Shown here: one piece after another, positions 10,622-20,144 of the stretch
How positions within the stretch are numbered: the stretch's first letter is position 1
Layout of the letters: each line of letters begins with the position of its first letter
Notes under the pieces: model-generated
Told to the model about the DNA's origin: nothing
Databases searched by the model: none
Seen by the model: the letters and a program-made list of their open reading frames with translations, nothing else
From: an uncultured Candidatus Saccharibacteria bacterium
GTDB taxonomy: Bacteria; Patescibacteriota; Minisyncoccia; Phycocordibacterales; SBAW01
Length of the DNA: 64,000 nucleotides
NCBI GenBank assembly: GCA_964459335.1
Contig: CAYWJX010000001.1
Coordinates: forward strand, 33,642 to 97,641
Direction: 5' to 3'
Made by a program: the position numbers and the translations under genes

Positions 10622-10695
10622 GTGGTGGACCTACGGGGAGTCGGACCCCGACCTCGTCCATGCCATGGACGCGTTCTACCGCTGAACTATAGGCC
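10622..10695 (-). tRNA. tRNA-Ala (anticodon GGC), CCA encoded
   Basis: The reverse complement GGGCCTATAGTTCAGCGGTAGAACGCGTCCATGGCATGGACGAGGTCGGGGTCCGACTCCCCGTAGGTCCACCA folds as a cloverleaf. G3:U70 is the Ala identity pair and the anticodon loop is ATGGCAT. Confidence 0.8.
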
Positions 10696-10792
10696 CAGAA
10701 TACGGAGGTTAAACCTTCGTAAGTTTGAATAATAACTTAAACAGGAATCGAAACCAAGAAAAATGACCCAGCCTAAGCTGAGTCATCAAATG

Positions 10793-11035
10793 TCATCGGC
10801 CTTCTCGCCGACGTAAGTTGTCATCGAGGAGACCAAAGTCATCCTCTTTTGCAAGATGCTTGTCATTCCACCGGTTGCTTCGCTCGACAATCTCGAGAAA
10901 ACCGCCGAGCATAAGGGCTATCACAGTTGCCCACCACGGTACGGTTATAATCATGGAAACCCTCCCCCAAACAAACTCGGGAACCGATCCGCGAGATATT
11001 ATACCACTTATATAAAAATAGAAAAGCCCCAGCAT
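10793..11035 (-). CDS. Small hypothetical membrane protein (80 aa)
   Basis: Two predicted TM segments. It is bracketed by copies of the hairpin motif acggaggtt(t)aacctccgt. Confidence 0.3.
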   Translation of the reverse strand: MLGLFYFYISGIISRGSVPEFVWGRVSMIITVPWWATVIALMLGGFLEIVERSNRWNDKHLAKEDDFGLLDDNLRRREGR

Positions 11036-11076
11036 ATGGAGGTTTAACCTTTGACGGAGGTTTAACCTCCGTAAGG

Positions 11077-11313
11077 TTACAAAACTACGGTCGCACCGTC
11101 GCGGCGGACTTCTAGGACGCCGCCAAGGATTTGGAAGGTTTGGTCGGGCTCCTCGCCACCCAACCTTACTGTTATCACGCCCGCTTTGAGCGTGGTGATG
11201 AGCGGCATGTGCTCCGGGAGTACCGTCAACTGCCCTTCCGCGCCGGGCAAGGTCATTGAGACGGCTTCGCCGTCAAAAAGATTTTCGTTTACTTTTGCAA
11301 TTACAACTTTCAT
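11077..11313 (-). CDS. atpC: F0F1 ATP synthase subunit epsilon
   Basis: MKVVIAKVNENLFDGEAVSMTLPGAEGQLTVLPEHMPLITTLKAGVI is typical of the epsilon N-terminal beta-sandwich. It lies immediately downstream of atpD. Confidence 0.85.
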   Translation of the reverse strand: MKVVIAKVNENLFDGEAVSMTLPGAEGQLTVLPEHMPLITTLKAGVITVRLGGEEPDQTFQILGGVLEVRRDGATVVL

Positions 11314-11403
11314 GTTATTAGTTCCTGCCGCCAAAGTTTAAAAGAGTGCACTCCGGGCCGCTAGGCCAAGTCTAACCCTCTTTTAAACTTCGTCGTCATA
11401 CAC

Positions 11404-12786
<1,383 letters not shown>

Positions 12787-12798
12787 TTATATTTTTAT

Positions 12799-13818
12799 TT
12801 AGTTTGCCATGGCCTCCATACCGCCGGTAATTTCGCTCACTTCGCGCGTAATCGACGCTTGTCGCGCTTTGTTAAATTGGAGCGTAAACGAGGTCTCAAG
12901 CTCCACCGCTTTGTCCGAAGCCGACTTCATCGACACCATCCGGGCGCTGTGCTCGGAGGCTTGCGACTCGAGCAATGCATGGTAAACAAAAATAGAAGCA
13001 AGACGCGGAAGGATGGCGGCAAGCACTTCGCCCTCGGACGGTTCTATGGTGTAGTTTAGGCGGGCTGCAGTTACTATGCCTCCGCCCTCGTCATCGGATG
13101 CGCGCGTCAGCATAGTAACTGCAACCCGCTCCTGCGTGGCAGGTGACCCGCGCCTTATTTGAATATCATCCACCACCCTTTCGAGCTCGATGAGCGAGAG
13201 TGGAAAAATGACGCGCAACGTGGGGCGCTGCTCAAAGGTTGAAATAAAATTTTGATAGGCAACTTTAACGACATCAACCCCACCCTGCGCAAAGCGCGCG
13301 GCCGCTTCGTGCACGAGCTCGGCGATAAATACCGAGTCGAGCTGGTCGGTGTTGGCATGATGCAAATCAACCGCAAATCCGCGCGCCACAAAAAAATCGT
13401 TGGCTTTGCGGCCGATTGCAACAATCGAAATATGTTCTTTTGAAAGACCGCTTGCCGCAATGTCGGCAGATGTTGCGCGGAGCACCGCTGAATTTAATGC
13501 GCCAGCCAAGCCTTTGTCGGATGTGATAACAATGTAGAGCGCTTGGCGCGGAGCAGTTGCCATGATGCCGTGCGCATCCGATGACGAGGACGGCAGCGTG
13601 GCAACTGCTCCGCGCGTCAACGGATTGTTTACAAGTTCACGCGCACCCGAAACGCGCACGAGGATTGAGACGGCCGCGCGAGCGTACGCGCGGCCTGCAA
13701 AAGCCCTACTCTGTGCCTTGCGCATTTTTGCAGCCGAAACCGCCTCCATGGCTTTGGTCACCTTTTGAGTTTTTTCGATCGAACGTATTTTTGTTTTTAT
13801 TGCTTTGAGTCCTGCCAT
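12799..13818 (-). CDS. atpG: F0F1 ATP synthase subunit gamma
   Basis: The N-terminus MAGLKAIKTKIRSIEKTQKVTKAMEAVSAAKMRKAQ is the gamma signature, and the C-terminal helix ITREVSEITGGMEAMA matches too. Confidence 0.9.
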   Translation of the reverse strand: MAGLKAIKTKIRSIEKTQKVTKAMEAVSAAKMRKAQSRAFAGRAYARAAVSILVRVSGARELVNNPLTRGAVATLPSSSSDAHGIMATAPRQALYIVITSDKGLAGALNSAVLRATSADIAASGLSKEHISIVAIGRKANDFFVARGFAVDLHHANTDQLDSVFIAELVHEAAARFAQGGVDVVKVAYQNFISTFEQRPTLRVIFPLSLIELERVVDDIQIRRGSPATQERVAVTMLTRASDDEGGGIVTAARLNYTIEPSEGEVLAAILPRLASIFVYHALLESQASEHSARMVSMKSASDKAVELETSFTLQFNKARQASITREVSEITGGMEAMAN

Positions 13819-13821
13819 ACA

Positions 13822-15381
13822 TTATTGGAAGAGGTCGGGGTGTGTCTCTTTAAACGCACCAAGTTGCGTTTTAAGTTCTGCCTCTGTTTGTGCCGCCAAG
13901 TCGCGCGAGATTGCAATGCTACTCAGAATTTCTGGCGCCTCGGCTTGCAAAAACGCGAGCAATTTTTGCTCAAACTCGCCAATACGCGCCACTGGCACTT
14001 GTGCAAGGTAGCCGTTGACTGCCGCGTAAATGACGACAGCTTGTTCTTGAAACGGCAGTGGCTCCGCATTTTTTTGGCGAAGCACTGCCGTGAGGCGCTG
14101 GCCCGACTCGATGCTACGTTTGGTGTCGGCATCCAAATCTTGGCTAAACTGCATAAACGCCTCGAGCTCTCTAAATTGTGCGAGCTCAAGTTTTATTTTG
14201 CCGGAAACCTTTTTCATCGCTTTGGTCTGTGCGCTTGAGCCCACGCGCGACACCGAGTTGCCCACGTTGATAGCGGGGCGCGAGCCTTTGTTAAAAAGGT
14301 CGGTCTCCAAAAAGATTTGCCCGTCGGTAATCGAGATGACGTTGGTTGGGATGTAGCCCGAGATGTCGCCTTCTTGCGTTTCGATAATCGGGAGTGCAGT
14401 GAGCGAGCCGCCGCCGTTTGCTTCATTTAATTTTGCAGCGCGCTCAAGCAAGCGTGAGTGGAGATAAAACACATCGCCCGGATATGCCTCGCGGCCCGGC
14501 GGGCGGCGGAGGAGTAGCGATAGCTGGCGGTAGGCCACGGCATGCTTGGAGAGGTCGTCATATATAATGAGCGCGTCCATGCCTTTTTGCATAAAATATT
14601 CGCCGATGGCGGCGCCTGCAAACGGTGCCAAATATTGGAGCGCCGCCGGAGCCGACGCGCCTGCGTTCACCACAATCGTGTACTCCATCGCACCTGCCTC
14701 TTTAAGGAGCCCCACGAGGCGCGCGGTCTTGCTCTCTTTTTGACCTATAGCAACATAGATGCACACCGGGCGCGTTTCTTTGGGCTCGTTCTTTTGATTT
14801 AAAATCGTGTCCGTTGCGATGGTGGTTTTACCGGTGCCGCGGTCGCCGATGATAAGCTCGCGCTGTCCCCTGCCAATCGGGATCATCGAGTCGATTGCTT
14901 TAATGCCCGTATGGATCGGTGTGTTAACTCCTTTGCGGTCCATCACGCCGTAGGCCTCGCGCTCAACCGGATTGCGCTTTGTCGTTTCCATTTTACCAAG
15001 GCCGTCTTGCGGCTCGCCCAAGGGCGACACCACGCGGCCGAGCAATGCCTCGCCCACCGGTATCGAAAGTATCTCGCCTGTCGATACAACGGTCATACCC
15101 TCTTTAACTTTGCCCGCGTCGCCCAAAATAATTGCGCGGATCGACTCTTCCTCAAGATTTAAAATAACGCCAAAGACTTCGGAAACGGAATCAAGCGCGT
15201 TGGCAAGCGGCTTGCCTTCGTAGGTTTCAAAACGGATCATCTCGGACATCACCGCGCCTTCTAACCCATCGATTTCGGCAACGCCGTCGCCGACGCGTAT
15301 CACGTGGCCGAGGTTGTACGGCATCGCCTCGGGCGTAAATCCTTGTATCTCTTTTTTAAATTGTTCTATAAAATTTTCCAT
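13822..15381 (-). CDS. atpA: F0F1 ATP synthase subunit alpha
   Basis: Walker A GDRGTGKTTIA is present and the sequence is alpha-like throughout. The start is chosen at MENFIEQFKKEIQ. The longer 13822..15420 ORF would overlap atpH. Confidence 0.95.
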   Translation of the reverse strand: MENFIEQFKKEIQGFTPEAMPYNLGHVIRVGDGVAEIDGLEGAVMSEMIRFETYEGKPLANALDSVSEVFGVILNLEEESIRAIILGDAGKVKEGMTVVSTGEILSIPVGEALLGRVVSPLGEPQDGLGKMETTKRNPVEREAYGVMDRKGVNTPIHTGIKAIDSMIPIGRGQRELIIGDRGTGKTTIATDTILNQKNEPKETRPVCIYVAIGQKESKTARLVGLLKEAGAMEYTIVVNAGASAPAALQYLAPFAGAAIGEYFMQKGMDALIIYDDLSKHAVAYRQLSLLLRRPPGREAYPGDVFYLHSRLLERAAKLNEANGGGSLTALPIIETQEGDISGYIPTNVISITDGQIFLETDLFNKGSRPAINVGNSVSRVGSSAQTKAMKKVSGKIKLELAQFRELEAFMQFSQDLDADTKRSIESGQRLTAVLRQKNAEPLPFQEQAVVIYAAVNGYLAQVPVARIGEFEQKLLAFLQAEAPEILSSIAISRDLAAQTEAELKTQLGAFKETHPDLFQ

Positions 15382-15406
15382 GGCTATGTATGGTGAGCTT
15401 GTCGAA

Positions 15407-15667
15407 CTATTTTGTTTCAATCAGTTTTTTGTAGAGGCCGAGCAGGATGCGTGTGCGTTCTTTTAGGGGTGTGACGGCACTGCTTCGTGCCGCCCGCTCG
15501 GCTCCAATCTCGAGCTTTTGATACTCGCTTACTATTTTTGGCAGCAGTTTGAGATGCCCGCGCTTTGCCAAACTCGCGCGCAAGTTGGCAATGTATGTTG
15601 CACTCTTGCTTGGATTATTTAATACCAATTGGTGGAGCGCTCGTGCGTAGGATGCGGCGATAGTCAT
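15407..15667 (-). CDS. atpH: F0F1 ATP synthase subunit delta (OSCP), unusually short (86 aa)
   Basis: It sits between atpF and atpA. The N-terminus MTIAASYARALHQLV resembles the delta N-terminus (YAxALfeLA). Confidence 0.55.
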   Translation of the reverse strand: MTIAASYARALHQLVLNNPSKSATYIANLRASLAKRGHLKLLPKIVSEYQKLEIGAERAARSSAVTPLKERTRILLGLYKKLIETK

Positions 15668-15670
15668 ATA

Positions 15671-16135
15671 TTATTTTGTGAGCACTTGTGCTGAGTCTTG
15701 TCGAAGCATCTTTTCCATCCCCAACACGACCAGCTTTGCAACTTCTTGCTTGCTCTCCTCGATGGCCTGCGTTTTGAGCTCAACCGCCGCCGCTGCCGCC
15801 TCGGCAGTGGTGCGGGCCGCCGCCGCCTCGGCGGCGGCTACCATAGCGCGCTCCTTTTCCTCTGCGGATTTGCGCGCCTTTTTGAGCATCTCATCAGCCT
15901 CCTGCCCTGCCTCCGCAAGGATGCCGCTCTTTGCCGCCTCTATCTCGCGCAATTTAATCCCCGCCTGCTCGGCATTGTGCACGCCCTCGGCCACCTTTTG
16001 CCGGCGAGCTTCAAGCACACGCATGAGCGGCGCATAGAGAAAGTACCACAGCGCAAGCACTAAAAGCCCGAAGTTAATCGAGTCGATGAGGAGGAGTCTC
16101 CAATCAATGCCAAATGCTGCAAATACCGCGGACAT
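15671..16135 (-). CDS. atpF: F0F1 ATP synthase subunit b
   Basis: One N-terminal TM helix, then a long Ala/Glu/Lys-rich helix. It lies between atpE and atpH. Confidence 0.8.
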   Translation of the reverse strand: MSAVFAAFGIDWRLLLIDSINFGLLVLALWYFLYAPLMRVLEARRQKVAEGVHNAEQAGIKLREIEAAKSGILAEAGQEADEMLKKARKSAEEKERAMVAAAEAAAARTTAEAAAAAVELKTQAIEESKQEVAKLVVLGMEKMLRQDSAQVLTK

Positions 16136-16184
16136 CAGTTAATTCAGATAAACCAGTAAATTTAATTCTTCTTATATTGCATCA

Positions 16185-16421
<237 letters not shown>

Positions 16422-16447
16422 CTATTTAATGCTAACTAATAAATAAT

Positions 16448-17218
16448 TTAATGTGCTCCTTCCCTATGGGCCTCTTCTCCATGAGGTTCCATAATGGCCA
16501 ACTTGATAAACACCAAGGTGAGAAGCGCAAATATAGCCGCTTGGAGGAGACCGACAAAGGTCTCAAACAACATGAGCGGTACCGGGAGAAGATACGGCAA
16601 AAACGCCATTGCCACGGCCACCAGCACCTCGCCGGCGAAGATATTTCCAAAAAGACGGAAGGAAAACGATACGAGGCGCGCAAGATTGCCGATGATCTCC
16701 AAAAGCCCGACAAAAAAGCCCATCACGCCAGTTTTAAAGTTAACAAATTTTGAACCATACTTCAAGATGCCGAGCGCCACGATGCCGGAGACTTCGATGG
16801 TGACAAACGAAATAATTGCGAGCGCGAGCGTCATGTTGAGGTCGGCAGTGGCGGCGCGGAGTATCGGCACAAACACGCCGTTTTGCGTAACGCCTACCGA
16901 GCCAATGAGCGGAAAAAACTCAAGCTCGTTGGCGGTAAATACAAAAAGAAAAATCGTCACAATGAGAGGAAAAAAGCGTTCTGCAAGCGCGCGCGAGCCA
17001 AGTGTCTCTTCCATATAGTTGAGGACAAACTCAAAGAGCATCTCAAACACGTTTTGCATCTTGCCAGGTATCAAAGTAGGCCTGCGGCCGATAAAAAAAG
17101 CCGCAACAATAAGAACAATGATAGTAGCCCATGCGGCCACGAGCCCGTTGGTGATGGGGATACCAAACACACTCCCTAAGCGCTCCGCTGCGAGCGAAAT
17201 ATGCAAACCACCGCTCAT
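16448..17218 (-). CDS. atpB: F0F1 ATP synthase subunit a
   Basis: Polytopic, with the conserved Arg region LVSFSFRLFGNIFAGEV. The start is chosen at MSGGLHIS. Confidence 0.85.
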   Translation of the reverse strand: MSGGLHISLAAERLGSVFGIPITNGLVAAWATIIVLIVAAFFIGRRPTLIPGKMQNVFEMLFEFVLNYMEETLGSRALAERFFPLIVTIFLFVFTANELEFFPLIGSVGVTQNGVFVPILRAATADLNMTLALAIISFVTIEVSGIVALGILKYGSKFVNFKTGVMGFFVGLLEIIGNLARLVSFSFRLFGNIFAGEVLVAVAMAFLPYLLPVPLMLFETFVGLLQAAIFALLTLVFIKLAIMEPHGEEAHREGAH

Positions 17219-17228
17219 ATATGGCCCA

Positions 17229-17735
17229 CTATAACATAAAAACGCCAAAGATTCCTAACACCACCACTGCCACAATGAGGCCTGCTTCGCGGAGTAAATA
17301 CAGCGGATTGGTAGACTCTTTTTGAATTGCGGAGTGGAACTTTTGCAATGGCTCCATCCAATGCCAGCGCATTGTATAGTAGACAAACTGCAAGCCATCA
17401 GGCATCTGCCCTGCAAATGCACCGAGAAGTACGATGTAGAGCGGCACGTGGAAAAAATAAAAAAGAATGAGCGTTGCGAGTGCAAAGCCGAGCAAAGAAT
17501 CGGCAAGCACTATCGCAATGTCGTGCAAAAAATTTATACCGTGTTGTATGTGTGTTTGCAAAACGTCCTGCTTATTTTTTACCATCGAGCGCATAAAAAA
17601 GTGGCCCTCGTTCCAATGCGGGATAGAGTCGATAACAAAATGGCTTGCAAAGCCTAAAGCAAACCCAATCAAAGGCTGGCTAGGCACCAAGCTAGCGCAA
17701 GCAGCACCAACAACAGCATGAGTCGTTAAAGTCAT
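17229..17735 (-). CDS. Hypothetical membrane protein upstream of the atp operon; possibly a membrane-bound metal-dependent hydrolase (YdjM/DUF457-like)
   Basis: Multiple TM helices with His-rich motifs (DSIPHWNEGH, HIQHGINFLHD). The assignment is weak. Confidence 0.4.
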   Translation of the reverse strand: MTLTTHAVVGAACASLVPSQPLIGFALGFASHFVIDSIPHWNEGHFFMRSMVKNKQDVLQTHIQHGINFLHDIAIVLADSLLGFALATLILFYFFHVPLYIVLLGAFAGQMPDGLQFVYYTMRWHWMEPLQKFHSAIQKESTNPLYLLREAGLIVAVVVLGIFGVFML

Positions 17736-17862
17736 ATACTCAGTATAAACAAAATCATGGACAAAAGCATGCTCGTGTTATATCGTGTGGGCGGAGTCTA
17801 AGGACTCCTTGCCCTACGGGGCCGGTGGAACCACGGTTCCTTGAAATAGGTGGAGAAGATCG

Positions 17863-18588
17863 ATGTCTAAGGTCGGATTGGAACGATTTCGTGAAGATAA
17901 TCGCAAACTCGAAGAAATCAAACTCCAAGAACGCAAAAATCTTTTGGAAGACATGATTACGGACGAGAAAGAAGAGGGCGCTGCAAGCTTGCTCTCTTAC
18001 GTCAAAGAAGGTGTCTTGGGGTGCGCAAAATACAAAGAAGGAGAACATGATTGGGCTCTCTATGCGGTTACCTTGATGCCCTCTCTGTTCAAATTTGAGT
18101 ATTACGACCGTTTTGCGGAGTTAAAATACGCAATTTGGAAAGATGTAGTCGAGGCATGGCTCACTACTCCAACGCCGGAAGAAGAAAGGTTATTCTTGCA
18201 AGCTCTGCTTGGCAAACCGCACGAACAACCACGTGCCGATCAACCAGAAGGGCGGAAAATATGCGAAAAGCTCAAATCGATTATGCGCGATGCGATTAAC
18301 GCACATACGCACTATGGGAACATTGACAGGCTCGTACGAGCGCTCACGGCAGGGGCGGTCGAGGGTAATCTGCTTATTGACTCGCGTAACTATGATTTTG
18401 TGAACCTAATCAGCATGGCAATTGCCAAGCACTCAAGCCATTACCAAAATCGAGTCGCTGCTTTGTTTCTCGAGTTGTTTGGTATGAGTACCACTCCCTC
18501 AGAGGTAACTGATATAGCTCTCTACAAAGCTTTGGAACAAAACAAAGAATTGATAGCACAAGAGATTGCAAAATCTCAAAAATCTTAA
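17863..18588 (+). CDS. Hypothetical protein (241 aa)
   Basis: Clean ORF followed by a strong terminator. No family recognised. Confidence 0.5.
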   Translation: MSKVGLERFREDNRKLEEIKLQERKNLLEDMITDEKEEGAASLLSYVKEGVLGCAKYKEGEHDWALYAVTLMPSLFKFEYYDRFAELKYAIWKDVVEAWLTTPTPEEERLFLQALLGKPHEQPRADQPEGRKICEKLKSIMRDAINAHTHYGNIDRLVRALTAGAVEGNLLIDSRNYDFVNLISMAIAKHSSHYQNRVAALFLELFGMSTTPSEVTDIALYKALEQNKELIAQEIAKSQKS

Positions 18589-18606
18589 CTCAAGTACTTT
18601 AACCAC

Positions 18607-18645
18607 CCCGCGACAAAATTCTGTCGCGGGTTTTTATTTTTTTCT
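18607..18645 (+). terminator. Rho-independent terminator
   Basis: Perfect hairpin cccgcgacaaaattctgtcgcggg followed by tttttattttttt. Confidence 0.65.
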
Positions 18646-18718
18646 GTGGACCGTAGCGGAGTCGAACCGCTGACCTCGTCAATGCGAATGACGCGCTCTA
18701 CCAGCTGAGCTAACGGCC
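18646..18718 (-). tRNA. tRNA-Ala (anticodon CGC), no encoded CCA
   Basis: The reverse complement GGGCCGTTAGCTCAGCTGGTAGAGCGCGTCATTCGCATTGACGAGGTCAGCGGTTCGACTCCGCTACGGTCCA has G3:U70 and the anticodon loop TTCGCAT. Confidence 0.8.
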
Positions 18719-18952
18719 CAATTTTTTCTTGAGAAAACGTCTGCCGGCCGCAGATTTAAAATAAACTTCACGCTTTCTCGCCTCTACAAAGGTATCAAAT
18801 TTTTCAACGTATACAACTGCCAATTCTTTCATGCGAGAAGTTGTCTTTGTTTTTCCTTGGGAATGTTCGATCAGTCTTCTTGGTAAATTATTTGTTACTC
18901 CCTTGTAAAATTTACCCTTATTATCCTGTAACACATATGCACTATATTCCAT
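18710..18952 (-). CDS. GIY-YIG nuclease family protein (small, UPF0213-like)
   Basis: YVLQDNKGKFYKGVTNNLPRRLIEH matches the GIY-x10-YIG motif. Its 3' end overlaps the tRNA-Ala(CGC) 5' end by about 9 nt. Confidence 0.65.
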   Translation of the reverse strand: MEYSAYVLQDNKGKFYKGVTNNLPRRLIEHSQGKTKTTSRMKELAVVYVEKFDTFVEARKREVYFKSAAGRRFLKKKLGR

Positions 18953-18972
18953 ATTTTATTTTTGCCTCAGCA

Positions 18973-19064
18973 ACCCGCCCGTACCGGACGTAGTCCGCTA
19001 CGTTCGGGCGGGTGCGAATGCAGCGTTTCCCGCCCGAACGACTGAGCTCGTTCAGTCGGGCGGG
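18973..19064. repeat. Two tandem GC-rich hairpins that share outer stem sequences (cccgcccg / cgggcggg)
   Basis: 18973-19013 is acccgcccg..cgggcgggt with an inner acgtag/ctacgt stem. 19029-19064 is cccgcccga..tcgggcggg with an inner actga/tcagt stem. They lie downstream of tRNA-Pro on the minus strand. Confidence 0.45.
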
Positions 19065-19117
19065 TACCACTTAACTACGGGCCCTAATATAAAAAAATAT
19101 ATTAGTCAAAATCTAAG

Positions 19118-19188
19118 TCGGGGCGCCGAGAATCGAACTCGGGTTTCACCCACCCGAAGGGTGTATAATGCCACTATAAGACGCCCCG
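19118..19188 (-). tRNA. tRNA-Pro (anticodon CGG), no encoded CCA, atypical D-arm
   Basis: The reverse complement CGGGGCGTCTTATAGTGGCATTATACACCCTTCGGGTGGGTGAAACCCGAGTTCGATTCTCGGCGCCCCGA has the anticodon loop TTCGGGT (G37), a normal T-arm TTCGATT, and flanks that extend the acceptor stem. Confidence 0.7.
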
Positions 19189-19206
19189 ACTTAGATTTCG
19201 ACCGGC

Positions 19207-19235
19207 TGTATAACTCCACTATAAGACGCCCCGAC
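19207..19235. repeat. 29-nt direct repeat (2 mismatches) of 19162-19190, the 5' acceptor and D-arm portion of the tRNA-Pro gene
   Basis: tgtataatgccactataagacgccccgac is matched by tgtataactccactataagacgccccgac, 44 nt further right. Confidence 0.55.
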
Positions 19236-19329
19236 ACTGCCTCCGACTAACGTTGCAAATATAGCAATAAAAAAAGGGCCGAGCAACGCTCGACCCTTAA
19301 AGCATTCCGCATTTGTTTCTGAAATGCGG

Positions 19330-19698
19330 CTAATGGGGCGCCAAGCCATTGATCATATTACCAAGACAAGTGGCTGCGATTCCTAAATGTTTAGCGAAGG
19401 GCAGAAATTCCTTAATACGCCGCAGATGTTCTACTTCTGCAACGCGCCGCGGTTTGTTCTCTTCCATGATAAGTATGCTGCGGATCTCCCAATGATGTTC
19501 TTTGCGTCCGCCGTCGACAGCGCAAACGACCACCCTAACGTTGAGATGCTTGTCCGCCTTGCGATAAAAATCGAGTTCAACGCGGTCAACGTCGTCAGAA
19601 AAGCTTCCGAAAACGGTAGCCGATCTTACGATTTTGAATTCATTTCCTCCCACCACAACAGGGACGCGACTTTCTGTCTCTCGAAGCCGGAAGTCCAT
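19330..19698 (-). CDS. Hypothetical protein (122 aa), low confidence
   Basis: An ORF only. The surrounding region is rich in hairpins and tRNAs, and the overlapping plus-strand ORF 19387..20010 runs through tRNA-Val and is rejected. Confidence 0.3.
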   Translation of the reverse strand: MDFRLRETESRVPVVVGGNEFKIVRSATVFGSFSDDVDRVELDFYRKADKHLNVRVVVCAVDGGRKEHHWEIRSILIMEENKPRRVAEVEHLRRIKEFLPFAKHLGIAATCLGNMINGLAPH

Positions 19699-19901
19699 TT
19701 TTTCTTTTCCTTCCCCAATGTTCTTGTTGTCCGCTTGGCCTCATGTCAGCGGCACGGTAAAAACTTTACCACTAAATTTAGCCCTGTCCAGTTTTATTAT
19801 GAACAGACAACTTTGTGGTCACGAGTCGACTTTGCTCGTCAGCAAAGTCGCTCGCTACCCCGCCTCACTGCTACGCAAATGCGTAGCAACGTTCCGGCCT
19901 G

Positions 19902-19949
19902 CACCAAGACAAAAGAATCTGCCGCAGGGCAGATTCTTTTGTCTTGGTG
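19902..19949 (-). terminator. Long perfect hairpin at the 3' end of tRNA-Val (22-bp stem) whose right arm includes the encoded CCA end
   Basis: caccaagacaaaagaatctgcc-gcag-ggcagattcttttgtcttggtg. It lies immediately downstream of tRNA-Val on the minus strand. Confidence 0.45.
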
Positions 19950-20019
19950 CACCCTTCAGGATTCGAACCTGAGGCCTCACCCGTGTGAAGGGTGCGCTCT
20001 AACCAACTGAGCTAAGGGT
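19944..20019 (-). tRNA. tRNA-Val (anticodon CAC), CCA encoded
   Basis: The reverse complement GCACCCTTAGCTCAGTTGGTTAGAGCGCACCCTTCACACGGGTGAGGCCTCAGGTTCGAATCCTGAAGGGTGCACCA is a canonical cloverleaf. Confidence 0.85.
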
Positions 20020-20071
20020 GCAAACATATACAGATTGCAATATATAGAGATTTTAGTAAAGTAATGAAGCA

Positions 20072-20144
20072 AGGGCCCTTAGCTCATTTGGTAGAGCGCC
20101 TCATTTGCAATGAGGAGGTGACCGGTTCGATCCCGGTAGGGTCC
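20072..20144 (+). tRNA. tRNA-Ala (anticodon TGC), no encoded CCA
   Basis: GGGCCCTTAGCTCATTTGGTAGAGCGCCTCATTTGCAATGAGGAGGTGACCGGTTCGATCCCGGTAGGGTCCA has G3:U70 and the anticodon loop TTTGCAA. Confidence 0.85.

Noticed and set aside
16448-17248. The longer atpB and atpA starts (17248 and 15420)
   Set aside because: The longer forms would overlap the upstream genes. The conserved N-termini begin at the internal Met codons (MSGGLHIS and MENFIEQ).
19387-20010. Plus-strand 207-aa ORF across the tRNA region
   Set aside because: It runs through tRNA-Val and the long terminator hairpin, and has no coding features.
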